Assembly (NCBI GenBank): GCA_946965045.2
Contig: OX337229.1
Coordinates: 5,208,001-5,272,000 of the forward strand
Origin: Epithemia pelagica
Lineage: Eukaryota; Protista; Bacillariophyta
Reading direction: 5' to 3'
DNA: 64,000 bases
Part shown: positions 46,452 to 59,138 of the stretch, piece after piece
How the letters are laid out: the number at the start of each line of letters is the position of its first letter
Position numbering within the stretch: the first letter of the stretch is position 1
Translations under genes and position numbers: made by a program
Notes under the pieces: model-generated
Told to the model about the DNA's origin: nothing
Databases searched by the model: none
The model's input: only the letters and a program-made list of their open reading frames with translations

Positions 46452-48622
46452 ATGATCAATTGCTGGGAAGCCATTATCCAACCGCACAACCATCCGGCGT
46501 TTCAGACCTCCGTGTCCTGTTTATGGGATGGAGGCAAAGAAGTTCTCGTTCGTATCGAAACGAGCGATGACCTCACATCAGAACATGTCCCCAGTGCGTT
46601 TGTCCTTGTCTTGGATGAAAGTGGATCTATGGGGAGTGCTGCCGTTCATCATGATGACAGCGATGGCGCGTCTGGACTTTCACAGGTAGGTGCCACCATT
46701 TTTACTTTCCATTCTTTCTTTCAACTTCACTAACAGCATTTTGCGTCTCTTTTGGCATGTCTTATCTCACATAGCTTGACGTGGTCAAACATGCCTCCCG
46801 CACGATCGTTGGAATGCTCTCCGAAAGTGATTCCTTGGCCATTGTCGCTTTCTCCGAGAAGGCACGTGTTCTTCTTCCGCTTACGAAAATGACGGAAAGA
46901 AACAAAACTATTGCAAACGAAAAGATTGAATGTTTGGAGCCACGTTACTCCACCAATCTCTATGATGGTCTTCATACAGCATTGGAGTTGATCCGAGGTC
47001 AGCAGGACTCATCTGCGTTGTCCAATGCGAACGTGATGTTGCTCACGGATGGTCTGCCAAACGTCAGCCCTCCCCGCGGAGAGCTTGAAACACTTCAACG
47101 TTACTTGGATACCTACCCAGAGCAGCGTGCAGTCAAGATCTCCACGTTTGGATTCGGGTATTCTTTGAAGAGCCGTCTCCTATCAGATATCGCACGTGAG
47201 GGAGGTTCCATGTACGCCTTCATCCCTGACAGTTCATTCGTCGGAACCATCTTTATAAACTCTGTTTCCAACCTGTTGTCTGTGGCAGCCACGAGAGGAG
47301 CAACTTTGAGGGTTGCGGCGAACGACGGTTTGCAGATTTTGGACTGCGCCAGTGGCCAAAAATTCACAAAAACATCTTGGGGGATGAATGTTCATATTCC
47401 GTCAATCCTCTACGGACAATCAATTGATGTTCTTTTGCGGTTCGCATCGCCGCCTCGAGAAGGATCCAATCCGATTACTGCCACTGTGCAAATGAGCAAT
47501 CTTGGACAGACCCTGGAAGCCCAAACAACAACGATCAGCAGCACTGATCCAAGAAGTATCATCCTAAAGACAGCTGCCGTACGAAGCTCCATCATTGAGT
47601 TTATCAACACCACCGAAAAAGATGCGGTACCTGAATCTAGACGCAACCTATCCCCTTGCCAGGATCTCTTGAGAGAAGTAAAGTCACGCGTCAACAGTCT
47701 TTGTAGGGGAGTTTCGTCCAGCAGTACTCCCGAAATGATTGACATGCAGAAAGACCTCGATGGCCAGATTACAGAAGCATACAGCACTTCTGCATACTAT
47801 CACAAATGGGGAGCGCATTATGTTTTGTCCCTTGCAGGAGCCCATTCTCTGCAGCAATGCATCAACTTCAAGGATCCTGGGATCCAGCATTACGCCACGG
47901 GGAAATTCAAGATCACTCGTGACGCTGCTGAGAGTATTTTCTTGAAACTGAGGCCACCGCGGCCATCACGACGAGCCAGAGCCCCAGTCCAGTCCATGAG
48001 TGCTTATTACAGCTCGAGTGCTCCCTGCTTTGCGGCAGGAAATGTGGAACTGATCAGCGGTCAAGTTGTCTCCATCACGCAAGTCCGCCCAGGACACACA
48101 GTCAAGACTAGCAGTGGCTTCGCCAAAGTGCGATGCATTGTCGAAACTCCCTGTCAGAATGGTATCGAGAATCTCGTGGACTTGGGTGACGGCGTTTTGG
48201 TTACACCCTGGCATCCTGTGTGTCTAGCAAAGAAGGATGAACAGTGGGCCTTTCCTTGTTCCTTGGCCGAGCCACGTCCTCGGCCCTGCCAGAGTGTTTA
48301 CTCCTTTGTTCTTGATGACAATGCCGTTTCGATGCGTATTGGCCCATATGATGGAATTGCACTAGGCCATGGCGTGAAAGGAGACTGTGTATTGGAACAT
48401 GACTATCTCGGTACAGAGCGTGTTATTTCCGATCTTTCACGTATGAATGGTTGGTCTGAGGGCCACGTAAGACTGGCGACTAACCCTGCCATTCGTGATG
48501 AAAGTACTGGACGAATTGTCGGATTCCGGCCCGCGCCGCAAGAAATCGTTGCAAATAAGTCATCCCCGCATACGTTTCCGCAATCGGTGTCACCGACAAG
48601 GTTCATGACTTCCTTCGTTTGA
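46452..48622 (+). CDS. vWA domain + Vwaint/Vint (Hint-like) protein
   Basis: MIDAS VLDESGSM, STNLYDGL and LLTDGLPN; intron 46686-46774 in frame; YFQKWG-like YYHKWGAHY; Hint-like APCFAAG...VTPWHPV...VYSFVL...LGHG...HDYLG. 5' end uncertain. Confidence 0.85.
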
Positions 48623-49082
48623 TATGACCTGGTTGGACAGCCGTAGATGAAACCAATTGGACCAGTGCCCCCACTTTCCACTCCGCGGCTTGTTACAAAG
48701 TGCATATTTTGCTAGAACAATATGGGACTGTGCTGGTTGGATCAGCATTGCGACAATTGCTCAATCATTACTCCTCGACTCGGGGCAATTTCTGGACTAT
48801 GTTGTGTACAGAATGTCTATCTCTAGAAAAATGAACAATGAATCCAAACAAAATATCTAAATATTAATCTTAAAACGTATGTCTCTACTGTTTTTGTCCC
48901 ATCCAGTCCGGATTTCTAGCCCTATCGTCGCTCCTCTCCTTGTCATCGTCAGCACGTGTCAGAAAAAATGGCTTCGCTTCTTCAGCGGTACCAACCATTT
49001 TACACAAAATAATAGACAATCGACTTCTTCCTTCAGTTTCAGGAACGAAGCTCTCTTCGTTCACTTGAAGCCCCTGGAGACT

Positions 49083-50521
49083 CTACTTGTTAACCACTCG
49101 CGTGCTACGTCGATTTGCAGCTGTCGCCTTTTGGTTAGCACCGCCTTTTGCTTTCACCGTATTACGAGCTCCTCCCACGGATGCTTTCGCTGCAACCTTG
49201 CGGCGTCCCACTGCTGCAACCTTTTTCCCTCCTCCTCCTACTCCCGTCTTGTTGCCTGATTTAGTCCCACTATTGTTCGGTTTCCTCAACTGTCCCAACT
49301 TACCTCCTTTTCTCGTAGTCTTGAGCCGGTTATTCTTGGACGAAGCTGTCGTCTTGTTTCCCGCTGTGTCTTCTTTCTCGTCTGTTCCTTCTTCCTCCTG
49401 GACCATCTCCCCTTCTTCCTCTTCCTCCATTCCTTCTTCTCCTTCCTCTTCTTCTTTTCCCTCATCGTCCTCACCTCCGTCATCTTCCAATTGTCCGTCC
49501 TCTTCTTCTTCTCCCCCGTCCACTTCTTCTTGTGCGTCTTGTACCTCACCTTCCTCTGCATCTACTTCGTCTTCGTTGGGTTCTTCATGTATCACATCAT
49601 CCTTCGGAATTCCTAAGGCAACAGGATCATGGTTGTTACCGGATGTTACTCCATCTGACATTCCAAGCATATCAGGCTCTCCTTGTGTGTCTTGAGCAGA
49701 AGCACTATCCAGTTCGACGTCCTCAGTATCCACCGTAGTTGTAGAGGTTATGGCCGCGTCCGCTTTGGTTCCATAACATTCTTGAACGACTTCTTGAACC
49801 ATTTTCTTCCAAAAGTTTGGTCCAACCCTGAAGTTGGGTTTGGTTCCACTCATGGAGAGAACGTGCGTCACACATTGCTCTTGTTCATCACTGGTAGTTT
49901 TACTGGAATTCTCCGCCCCGTTTTCAGCTCCAGATGTTGTGGTTTTATTCGTAAACGCTTCGACTTGCTGACGAATCCACGACCGCAACGCCTGTTCCGC
50001 CGCTTCCATGTACGCTTTGAGCTGTGTGCGGTGCAACAATTCCAATTCCTCCCTCTGTTTCCGATGTCGTCAAAAATCACAAAATAGGAAAAAGGATGTC
50101 GGGAAACAAAGAAACAGTGATTTGACAAACGTGAGTTATCAATGTTCAGCAACCAATCGTAAACACGGAATGATAATAACTGTCCCCAACAAGAAGCGGG
50201 GACTCATTCATTCGTCCACATACAACGAGGAATTTGGATCTGACTCACCAGAATGGATAAACGATCACTGGTCCCATCGCTTTCAATGACATGATCAGCT
50301 GCCTTTTTGGATGACATGAGATCTTCAAAGGTTATGTCTTGTTGCAATCCATGCTTTTTCAACAACGGCTCCAAATACGCGTTCAAGATCGATAGACGTA
50401 ACTTTGAGTCTATGTTCCCAACACCAGAATCTGCACTGGAACTCATTTCTGTCCCAGTCACCGACATGGTCGTGGCCGTAGATGTTGAAGCAAGAGGCGC
50501 TGAAGCAACTGCCGCCGTCAT
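49083..50521 (-). CDS. Two-exon hypothetical protein with an acidic tract and a basic, histone-H1-like tail
   Basis: Intron 50055-50248 (GTGAGT..AACAG, phase 0) joins the 50204 and 49083 ORFs; Glu-rich block followed by a Lys/Gly/Ala-rich C-terminus. Confidence 0.6.
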
Positions 50522-51338
50522 TACGAACGTCAATGGCAACAACGGCTAGAACGGGAGAAGAATGGAGACCGTCAAGATATACTCCCTATAGGTAGACTCG
50601 AGGCACTATTTTTCTTGAACCAATAATTTCATTCGTTATCGCGCTAGGGCGTTCAAAGGAGGTATAACAAGCCACACACAAAATTCTGTTTGAAGAGACC
50701 GAGTACGGATAACCTTATGAAGCAGAACCTTTGTACGGCACTCTACCTGCAGCTCCGTCAAGATAGCTCGGGAGACGAGCTGCATCTTTCGCGCATGTGT
50801 TAGGAGTATCATCAACTCGGAATAATCTTTACCGACCGGTCATGTTTTGTACCTTATTGTTCCTGGTGCTTTCAAGCTAAATCTGAAAGCTAAGTGAAGT
50901 TTTTCTTTGGTTATAATTAGATAAAACACTGGAGGCTGCAGTGTCGGCCCTTTTCATGTCATCCATACTTGAAAAATGTTTGTTACTTCATAATTCGCAC
51001 GCAATGGCCCCATGCCTTTTGCAGCGCCGCCGGTCAAGTCATAACCAAGCATGGAAAACAAGGTTTCAAAATATTGGAGTAGGCGAAATCGTCGGAACTG
51101 AGACAAACTGTTGGAAAAATGTGTGAACCATATAAAGGCCATGTATGTACGCTTGACCGTTGCTGATGCTTTTGCCACTCTTGCATTCAAAGAAGACAAA
51201 ATGCATGGAGAGTTCCTGTCCTTCTTCGTGCCAAGGTCCAGGACGACTTGACACGGACGGAAATCATGGTTGTTCTGGTGGTGAGGTAACTGCAGCTTCT
51301 GGTTCTGGTGCGTGCTTGGCTCGTTCCCGCTTTTGTTT

Positions 51339-54300
51339 TCAAATGGTTGGTACTGGTTGTTCCAGCTTCAAGTCGGATGTCTCAGATGCTTCACTTGTCA
51401 CCAACGATGCGAAAAGTGGTGCGCACTGAGACTTCGAACCTGACAATGCATTTATTGGCGCTGATGCATTACTCGTCTCTTCCAACTGATGCGCAGAATC
51501 CGGATTAGGCTTAGATGGGACAATGACATCCGGTTGGTTCGTGGTTGGAGGGCATGGTAGATGTTTTTCGTCTGCCCCTTGTTCATCATTTTCTAACAAG
51601 TGCACTCGATGTTCAGCAGCTTCCAGAATATTTCGAAGTTCTCGGCGGAGGGCGTTAGCTTCTGTAGGGAAAGGTTTGAACAGGAAACTATCCGCACCAG
51701 CCTCAAGAAACCCGGTTCTCACGTCGTTGGCACTCAACCCACATATGGCACTTATGACTCCGCGGGATCGAAGGGCCCGAATGGTTTCTGTACCGAGTAG
51801 TTGTTGCTCAACACTGGCCATGTACTGATCCATAAAAATCAAATCGAAACTTTCCGTTTCCACCAGCTTCAAAGACGTTTCACCGTTGGAAGCTTCTCGG
51901 ATCTTCCAATCGGGCGCCACTTTGCGGATAGTGCGGGCAAACAATTTCCGCAATATCATGTCATCATCTACAAATAGAACGGACAAACGTTTTGGAAGCG
52001 AAACCTCATCCTGTACCGAGACAGTCTCACCAGTCAGAGTACTCGGTTGCGGTTTCTTCGTAACCATTTCTTGCGTTCCCGTTGATTCCAATGATGAAGT
52101 CTGGGTTGGTACTGTTGAAGACATAACAACGCTGCTACCGACAACAGTACCTGCATTTACAACGGAACCATCGTTGCCTCCATCGGAATGCACTTGGGGG
52201 CCATTTTCATCCTTGTCGACAACACCAAAGGCATGCGATGGTTCGTCGTCAAGTTTGATATTGGTGTCAATGACAAAACGGGCCCCAGGACGGCCTTCTA
52301 GGCCACTATCAAAGTCTTCATCGAGCCACAGATTCATCCCCATCAGTTCAACCAATTTCTTGCTGAGACTCAAGCCAATACCGGTTCCTTGATTAAGCGA
52401 ATCCAAGCTAGATTGGAACTTGGAAAAGAGTTGTCCTCGTTTCTCAGGAGGAACACCAGGGCCCGAATCTTCTATGGACAACTGGACCGTGTGATTGTCA
52501 GACCGAACTTGCGCCCTGAGACGGATGAAGCCATTTTGGACGAACTTGCTCGAATTTCGAGCCAAATTCAATACTACCTGCTTCAATCGTAAACAGTCAG
52601 AGCGTATTACAATATCTTGCGGTACACATTCCACGATGACATCAACTGTGCAATCACGAAGGTAAAGCATGGATCGAATGGGCTCCAATACATCCGACAT
52701 GATGTCAATAGGTTTTGATTCAATGACCATGCAGTTGGTACTTGCTCTGGAGGTGTCCAACATGGACCGTAACAGATCGTTGATAAAATGGAGACTATTC
52801 CCAATTATCACCATGTCTTCGTTCACGGTTGCTCGACTATCTTCTGTCGCCAAAGGCTTTTGCGCATTGAGTTCTGTTTGCACAAATGCATGGGCCGATA
52901 TGGCTGCCGAAAGAGGGTTTCGTACTTCGTGGGCTACGTAATCATTTAGTTCTCGTTCGGCGCGAGCGGCCTGGTTGGCACTATCAACCATTAGCTGTGC
53001 ACGTTCCTGTTCTCCTTCTTGCTTGAGACGGTTAATCTTTGCTACTTTCCCCGCATCTGTATGGACCCTGTTGGCATAAGCAAACACACGAAAACGGGAG
53101 TAATGGTCAGAATCGTTGTCAACTCAGCTTTGCCTACAAATTCACAACGCACGATGAATGTCCACTTACCAAAGTGCCACACAGGCACAAGCGAAAAAGA
53201 TGATTGCTCCTCCGGTGATGATGTACCAGTGCTGACTTTGCAGCAGTGAACTTTCTTGGGTGACGACAATGGTCCAATTCCGCGACATGGCATCAATGGT
53301 CTCAACGTATTGCCACCTCCCGGATCCGGTTGCTTTTGCTAAAGGGGTATTGGGAATGAAGCAACAGTCGGCCGTAATGCGGCTGTCTCCGTCTTCATCG
53401 TACCCTTCCCTTCTTCGTTGTGCCAAGAAAGTAAAGTTACAGTGACTAACCGCAATGCCACCCAAAAAAGTCCTTGAAGCTTCAATACCTGGACTGGTAT
53501 CATACAAGTAAACTCTGATGTCTTCCTTCAACTTCTGAACCTTAACCGCAAGGGTCATTAAATCGTCCATACGAAACAATATTGATGTCAACGCCAACTT
53601 GCTCTTGTCCTCCTCTATTCCAGGATTAACCATTATCATTTGATTCTTGTACTTTCCATAAACTTGCGAGAGTGCTGGTTGAAACGAGGCCAAGGCGGTG
53701 TCAATGGCCGCCCTTCGACTTTTAGAGCTGTAAATATCGTAATCCATCGATAATTCGTTTCCTTTGAATGGCTCAACAAAGTGCTGAACAAAGTAAAATT
53801 CCTGTTGTGATCGATTGCTTAACAACAACGTGCTGTTCGTCGGCGAGGCAGGTTCCTTGCCAACAAATCCATGGTACGAGTAATCAGGATGATATTTGGC
53901 AAAATATTCTCTGGATTCCGCTTCATATTGCGCTCGAGAAGCATGTTCCACGCGAGGTATGTAGTCAATGGACTGAAAGTCCAAGCCTGTGGACCGCATG
54001 TGGTTATAAATGTTGGTGAACCGTTCTCGAGTCAAGTCTCCATACCCGGCAGCGGACTGCGCCCACATGGTGGCTACCATGTACTTGTCCAGAATATCGC
54101 GAAAGTAACTGGGATACACTGCGGCATGATTTTCGAATTCCAATTTCGAATCCGATTGTTCCGAGGTTATTCCCACCGTTACAAATGCCGCCGAGGCAAT
54201 GGTTCCAATAGCCAAAATCAAAAATGGAATCGTAAATCGAGCGCGCATGTGATTGTTTTTGTACAGGGACAGTAACTTTATGGAGGAGGAGGACGGGTAA

Positions 54301-54923
54301 GAACCAAAGGAAGTTGTGGCCGATGCTGAAACCGTAGCCGTTGTTTCGAATCCATCGACTACATGGGTCGGTGCACCACCAACAGCTGAGGAGGATGTAG
54401 AGCCGAGGCTCATTCCACTGTGACCAACCCCTTCAGCCATTACCGGACTACCGCCACCGATGCTTGGAGAGCGAGGCAAACTAAAAGTACTACTTGGCTC
54501 TTCTTCCACGATCACAATTTTTCGGTTTGCATGATCCACGAAGGATCGCCGATGAACTCTCGTAGCGGCACCAGCTCCATCCAAACTAGTGGATATGATT
54601 CCCCGCTGAGATTCCGATGAAGATCCTTTTGTTGCCTCAGAGTCATTGGAAGGAGCTTGTTTCCGTAGCCTCCTTGATAGGATGCTGTGCTTCTCGACCT
54701 TGCGTGAATAAGACTGTGATTGACGTTGCTCCGGTAGATTGGGGCTATTGGTAGCGGTGGATGTACTAGTAGTTCCGGTCGTGCAGGTTGTGGAAGTAAA
54801 GGATCCGAATCCATCTTCTAGATCGACATGCTCCTGTTGACCTGACGATGATTCCATCTTAGCAAGCCAGGATGTGTGGTTGTCTCCGTCTGTCTGAGCC
54901 GGTCCTTCGTTCAGCCTCACCAT
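51339..54923 (-). CDS. Membrane hybrid histidine kinase (TM-CHASE-TM-HisKA-HATPase-REC)
   Basis: CHASE-like YIPRV...Y...EP..GN..SMDYDI.S...RR.AI; H-box YVAHEVRNP; N-box LKQVVLNLARNSSKF; DSGPG and GTGIGL; receiver VLFVDD/FMDQ/K. Intron 53068-53169 (GTAAGT..AACAG). Confidence 0.92.
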
Positions 54924-56187
54924 AGCAGCGGCGTTACGGCTGTAGCTACCAGCGACGCAATCTGACACGCTCTTTCTAATACGCTGTCGACAATACTAAA
55001 ATGAAATAGGCAAACCTGTAACTCTGTTGCGGCGTTGCTTTGGTATCTCAAATCGCAAGGCAACAATAATGTTGCCTCTCTGACATGGATGAGAGAATAG
55101 GTAGGGAAAGGGAAAGGGGCGATTGTGGTCTTGGTCTGAGCACAGATGTGGAACAAAAGAGTTGACTGCGCTGGCAACAACGACAAAAGATGCGATATAC
55201 CCCTCTACAACGACCATAAGTCTGTTAAAGTTCTTCTAGTGTCTAAATAATTCTGAATGCTTCCCGCCGAATACTTAGCGCACCTCATAAAACAAAGCTA
55301 AACAATAGTACGTAATTTTGAATCATTCTCGCTGGGATTGCAATTTTCTCTCTTCTCTAGAGTAGAGCTAGCTAGAGTCGCTAATAGTACTCCTACACTC
55401 CTCTACTAGTAGCTAGCTAGCTCTACTACTAACTCCATACCAGATACCACACAATAGACTATGTAGTTACTTCGTCTCTCGTCTCACATTTTTATCATAC
55501 TTGTAACTTGTAACCGCAACCAGTAGACAACAGGAAAGAGAAACCTTTGAATAAGAAATAGGGATTTATTGGAATTGGAAATAATTGGAAATTGGAATAC
55601 GAGTTCTACTCTCTACTCGTACTCTTAGCTAGTGGCGAGCTATCGCTCTAGCTAGAGCTATCACACTTCTCTAGTAGATTAGAGGAGTAGCTAGCTAGTA
55701 GATCCCTTAGAGGGTCTCTCTACTATTGAGACTCTAATCCATCTATCGACGTATTGAACTTTTCTTGGAGAGAAAGAGAAGTCCAATCTCCAATCTCCAG
55801 CCTCTACCTACCTAGATAGATACTCTCTATCTACTCTAACAAATGATGAGAGCTATGATTAGATGCTACTCTACTAGCTAGAAGGATTGGCAAAGGATAA
55901 ACAATAAACAATAGGACGCATATATCAACTATCAATGTAAACGAACTATGGTTGATGGTTGATGAGGAATAATAAGAAATAAGAAATACAAAGAAAGCTT
56001 CGTACGTGGCGCCGGAGGAACACTAGGGATAGTGTCGCTTTCTGCCGTCCTTCAACTTTGATTCATCACAATTTCTTTCGAAGCACGAAGGGCTGGCTAC
56101 GGATACTCGTATTGGCTAGTGGCCATTGGACCAGTTTGTGTCTGACCCGGAAATAGTTCAATATCCGGTTCATCCCATAACCCATGG

Positions 56188-56271
56188 TTTCACATCATGT
56201 GAAAAATGATGTGAAAAACTGTTTTTCACTTGGAAAAACTTCACGCATTTTTTATTTCACATATGAAAAAA
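56188..56271. repeat. Cluster of TTTCAC/GTGAAA motifs with an 11-bp perfect hairpin
   Basis: tttcacatcat (56188-56198) and atgatgtgaaa (56206-56216) form the hairpin; further copies near 56224 and 56255. Confidence 0.7.
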
Positions 56272-56729
56272 GAACTCACAACACAGATCAAAGGTGAAGG
56301 AAAAACCTCGACAATAATCATGCTCCTCCCACTCCCACACGCTCGAACACAAACCGTCATACCACTTTTCCCTCGCCACTCGCCACCGCCATATCCCATC
56401 CGACATCATCAATCAACCTCTTAACGACTCCTCTTCCACTCTATGGACTGCCCCCATCACCGCCCACCTCGACTCCATCCACAACACCTTCCTCCAACGC
56501 ATCACCAAAAAATGAGTTTTAGCTGTAAACTACTCCAGCAATAACAATGGTGACAATGAGACCTCTCGAATCCTTTACACGTGAAGTCGAGAAGGGTGTG
56601 GTATTGGCGACAGTAACACGTGAAGGTTACGAGAAGTTAGTGGGGACCGGCTTGTTCTATAGCTAATCAACAAAATGAGCAGACCACAACAGCCAACGAA
56701 GACTCTGCCCGGGACCAGTGTTGCGGTAG

Positions 56730-58564
56730 AACGACGACTTTATCGACCTTAGTGCAACAGCGCATGCGCTCGAACCAATTATCAATGGCGAAGAAAATGG
56801 AAGCTTCACCTTCGTCCGCGCCCCGGTTGCGACAGGCAAGTCGACCCTTTGCAAATACCTTTGCAGAACTTTTCCGAACAACTACGTCGAGATTGGTGTT
56901 GGTCTTAGCGAGCAAACTTTCTTTGACCGAATGGCCAAGGTATGCAAGGCAGCACTATTCGAGTCTGGTGACGAGGGCGCCTCAGAATTAAAATTCCGTA
57001 AGACCTGTGGAAGCTTTTGCTCTGGCTGGTAGGGGCTAGTGATCGATGAAGCAAATGAAAAAAATTCTCTTATCCATGTACTATGGCACTACTATTGTAG
57101 ACGGAAAAATTGTGCCAGGTGACAAAGTGCTGCCCCTCAATACATCCTTATGTTTTCGATGGCTCGACTGGCATGACCCTTGGCGGCAGAATCGTCTTTA
57201 CGCCAAGTGAGATTATTCAAAAGTTCATGTGGTATCCTCCTATCCCATCGTCTCGGGCACTGCAGCAACAGCTTCAAGAGGCAGCGGTTCACTTGGATGA
57301 AACCTCGGTTAATTTCTTTTTGAAGCTCTGTAACTCTCACCGGGCAATTTTTATGCGGTCTATGGTCTGGGTGAAGGAGCAACAAGAACAGCAGCGGCAA
57401 CAATTGGACCCGTATACGGGAGCGGCGCCATTTTATGGGACATTCAAACCAGCGTCGCAAAACTGCGAGCTTCCTTTGCGAACTTTTCATGTATTTTCGG
57501 ATACCGACATCCCGACCAGAACCAGCTGCCTTGCGTTCAGCAGATGCGCTTTCCGCGGGCAGTCAAGGTCAGTGGTCCCTACTATGAAGCCTCTGCTATT
57601 CCTGATGCATTTCTGGATGTTCTTTTCCACGGCTCTCAATGCAGATCGAATCTCGGCAATCAGGAGAGTGCGCTGACATTAGCTGGCTGCCTCGTTCCGG
57701 AGCGCAACAGTGAAAGCGTTACGAGTGAGTTTGTCAAGTATGACTGGAACAAGGAATCCCAGGCATTTGTCATTGCCAACACGCTGATGGCGCAATACTA
57801 CGGATATCGGGATGTCTTGCGTGGGAAGGGATACAATGCGGTTCTTGATACTGTCAAGTATATTCCGACTTCTGGTGCCGATTTGTTGGCGCGCGCCGTA
57901 CCTTTTATGTCTTTCTCTATGGTGGTCGATCCACCAACCAGGGGAGGTGGAGGAGAAATCAAGACGCCTTTGTCGGCTGCCGGTCTTCCCTATGAAAATC
58001 ACTACAACGGTGCCTTGTGGCGGTTGTTTGACGAATTCGGCTACCACGTATCGCAACCCGAGGGAACCCCTGGGAAAAGTGATCTAGTTGTCAGCTTCAA
58101 TCAGAATCAATGCACTTTCGCTATTGAAACAATAATGGCGTATCGCAGCTAGGTGAGTATGGTAATGACCTGCATTGTTATACGGGATGCCACTTTCTCA
58201 TAAACTTGTTGGGTTGTTTTTGTCTTCCGGTACAGCCGCAACACGATGGGCACGCCATTCGCTTTGCATTGGAAAAGAAAACGATCTATGCGAAACAAGA
58301 CTCCCAAGACGCTTCCTGACTATTGGTTCCGACAAAACGGATTTGCTTAAAAAGGCTCGTGACGTTGAGCGGGGTAACTATGTCGAAATTCTTCTTGCTT
58401 GTCTGGTTTCTCTGGCGCATGACAGCTACGAAATGTATGTTCTGAAGCCCGGCGAAACAGAGTTTTCTGATCCAGTGTATATTCTCTGTGACATGGTGTC
58501 CAAAGCTTTATCGGGCACAGACAACACGGTCCAATCCATCCAACGCAAGAGAAAGTGCGAATAG
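56730..58564 (+). pseudogene. Degraded Crinkler-like P-loop NTPase + PD-(D/E)xK nuclease gene
   Basis: A frame not shown in the ORF track carries Walker A RAPVATGKST (56817-56846) and, after an in-frame TAG at 57030, Walker B LVIDEA (57036-57053). Later fragments read LCNSHRAIFM and PYENHYNGAL...GKSDLVV...FAIETI in shifting frames. Confidence 0.7.
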
Positions 58565-59020
58565 GTGATGCGAGTGCGAAGTGAAAAAATGGCACATCAA
58601 CATCACTTTGTCCTTGCCTACATACAAGTACAGTAAGTTGCCTTTTGATCGATTGAACAAACGAATTTGGTCTACCAATTTTCGGATTCCTGTACCCCCG
58701 GAATGTGCATGGATCAGTAAGGGGGGTACAGGACCAAGAGAATTTTTACTATTTTTTTTAAGATTCCATATGCAAGGAACAATTAACTTCATAGTAATAG
58801 TCTACTATAGCTCCTCGGAATGGAAGTAGGATTTTCGTCTAATATAGCCTTATATTGCCCACGACGGCCGCGCTCTCATACGCGAGCAAGTGCGGAGCTA
58901 AAAAAGCTAGTGCGGAGCAAAAGAAACAGTCCTGGGAAAAAAGTGTGACAGTTAATTAGGGGGGACTCGGAGGTTATAGAAGCAAGCGACATCCCCTCCT
59001 TGTCGTGGGGGCACTTGTCG

Positions 59021-59138
59021 GGGCTATTGACTCCTCGGCGGGCAATAGCTCCTCGTCATGGACCGCCAAATCCGCTGACGCGGATTTAGAAGGCGGTCCA
59101 CTTCTCGGAGCTATTGCCCTTCTCGGAGTCAATAGCCC
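59021..59138. repeat. ~118-bp imperfect palindrome (long hairpin)
   Basis: Nested arms gggctattgactcc/ggagtcaatagccc, gggcaatagctcc/ggagctattgccc, ggaccgcc/ggcggtcc and aaatccgc/gcggattt around the loop tgac. Confidence 0.9.

Noticed and set aside
55250-56000. Centromere (low-GC diatom type)
   Set aside because: AT-enriched by eye, but I could not compute GC windows and the tract is short; kept only as a compositional observation.
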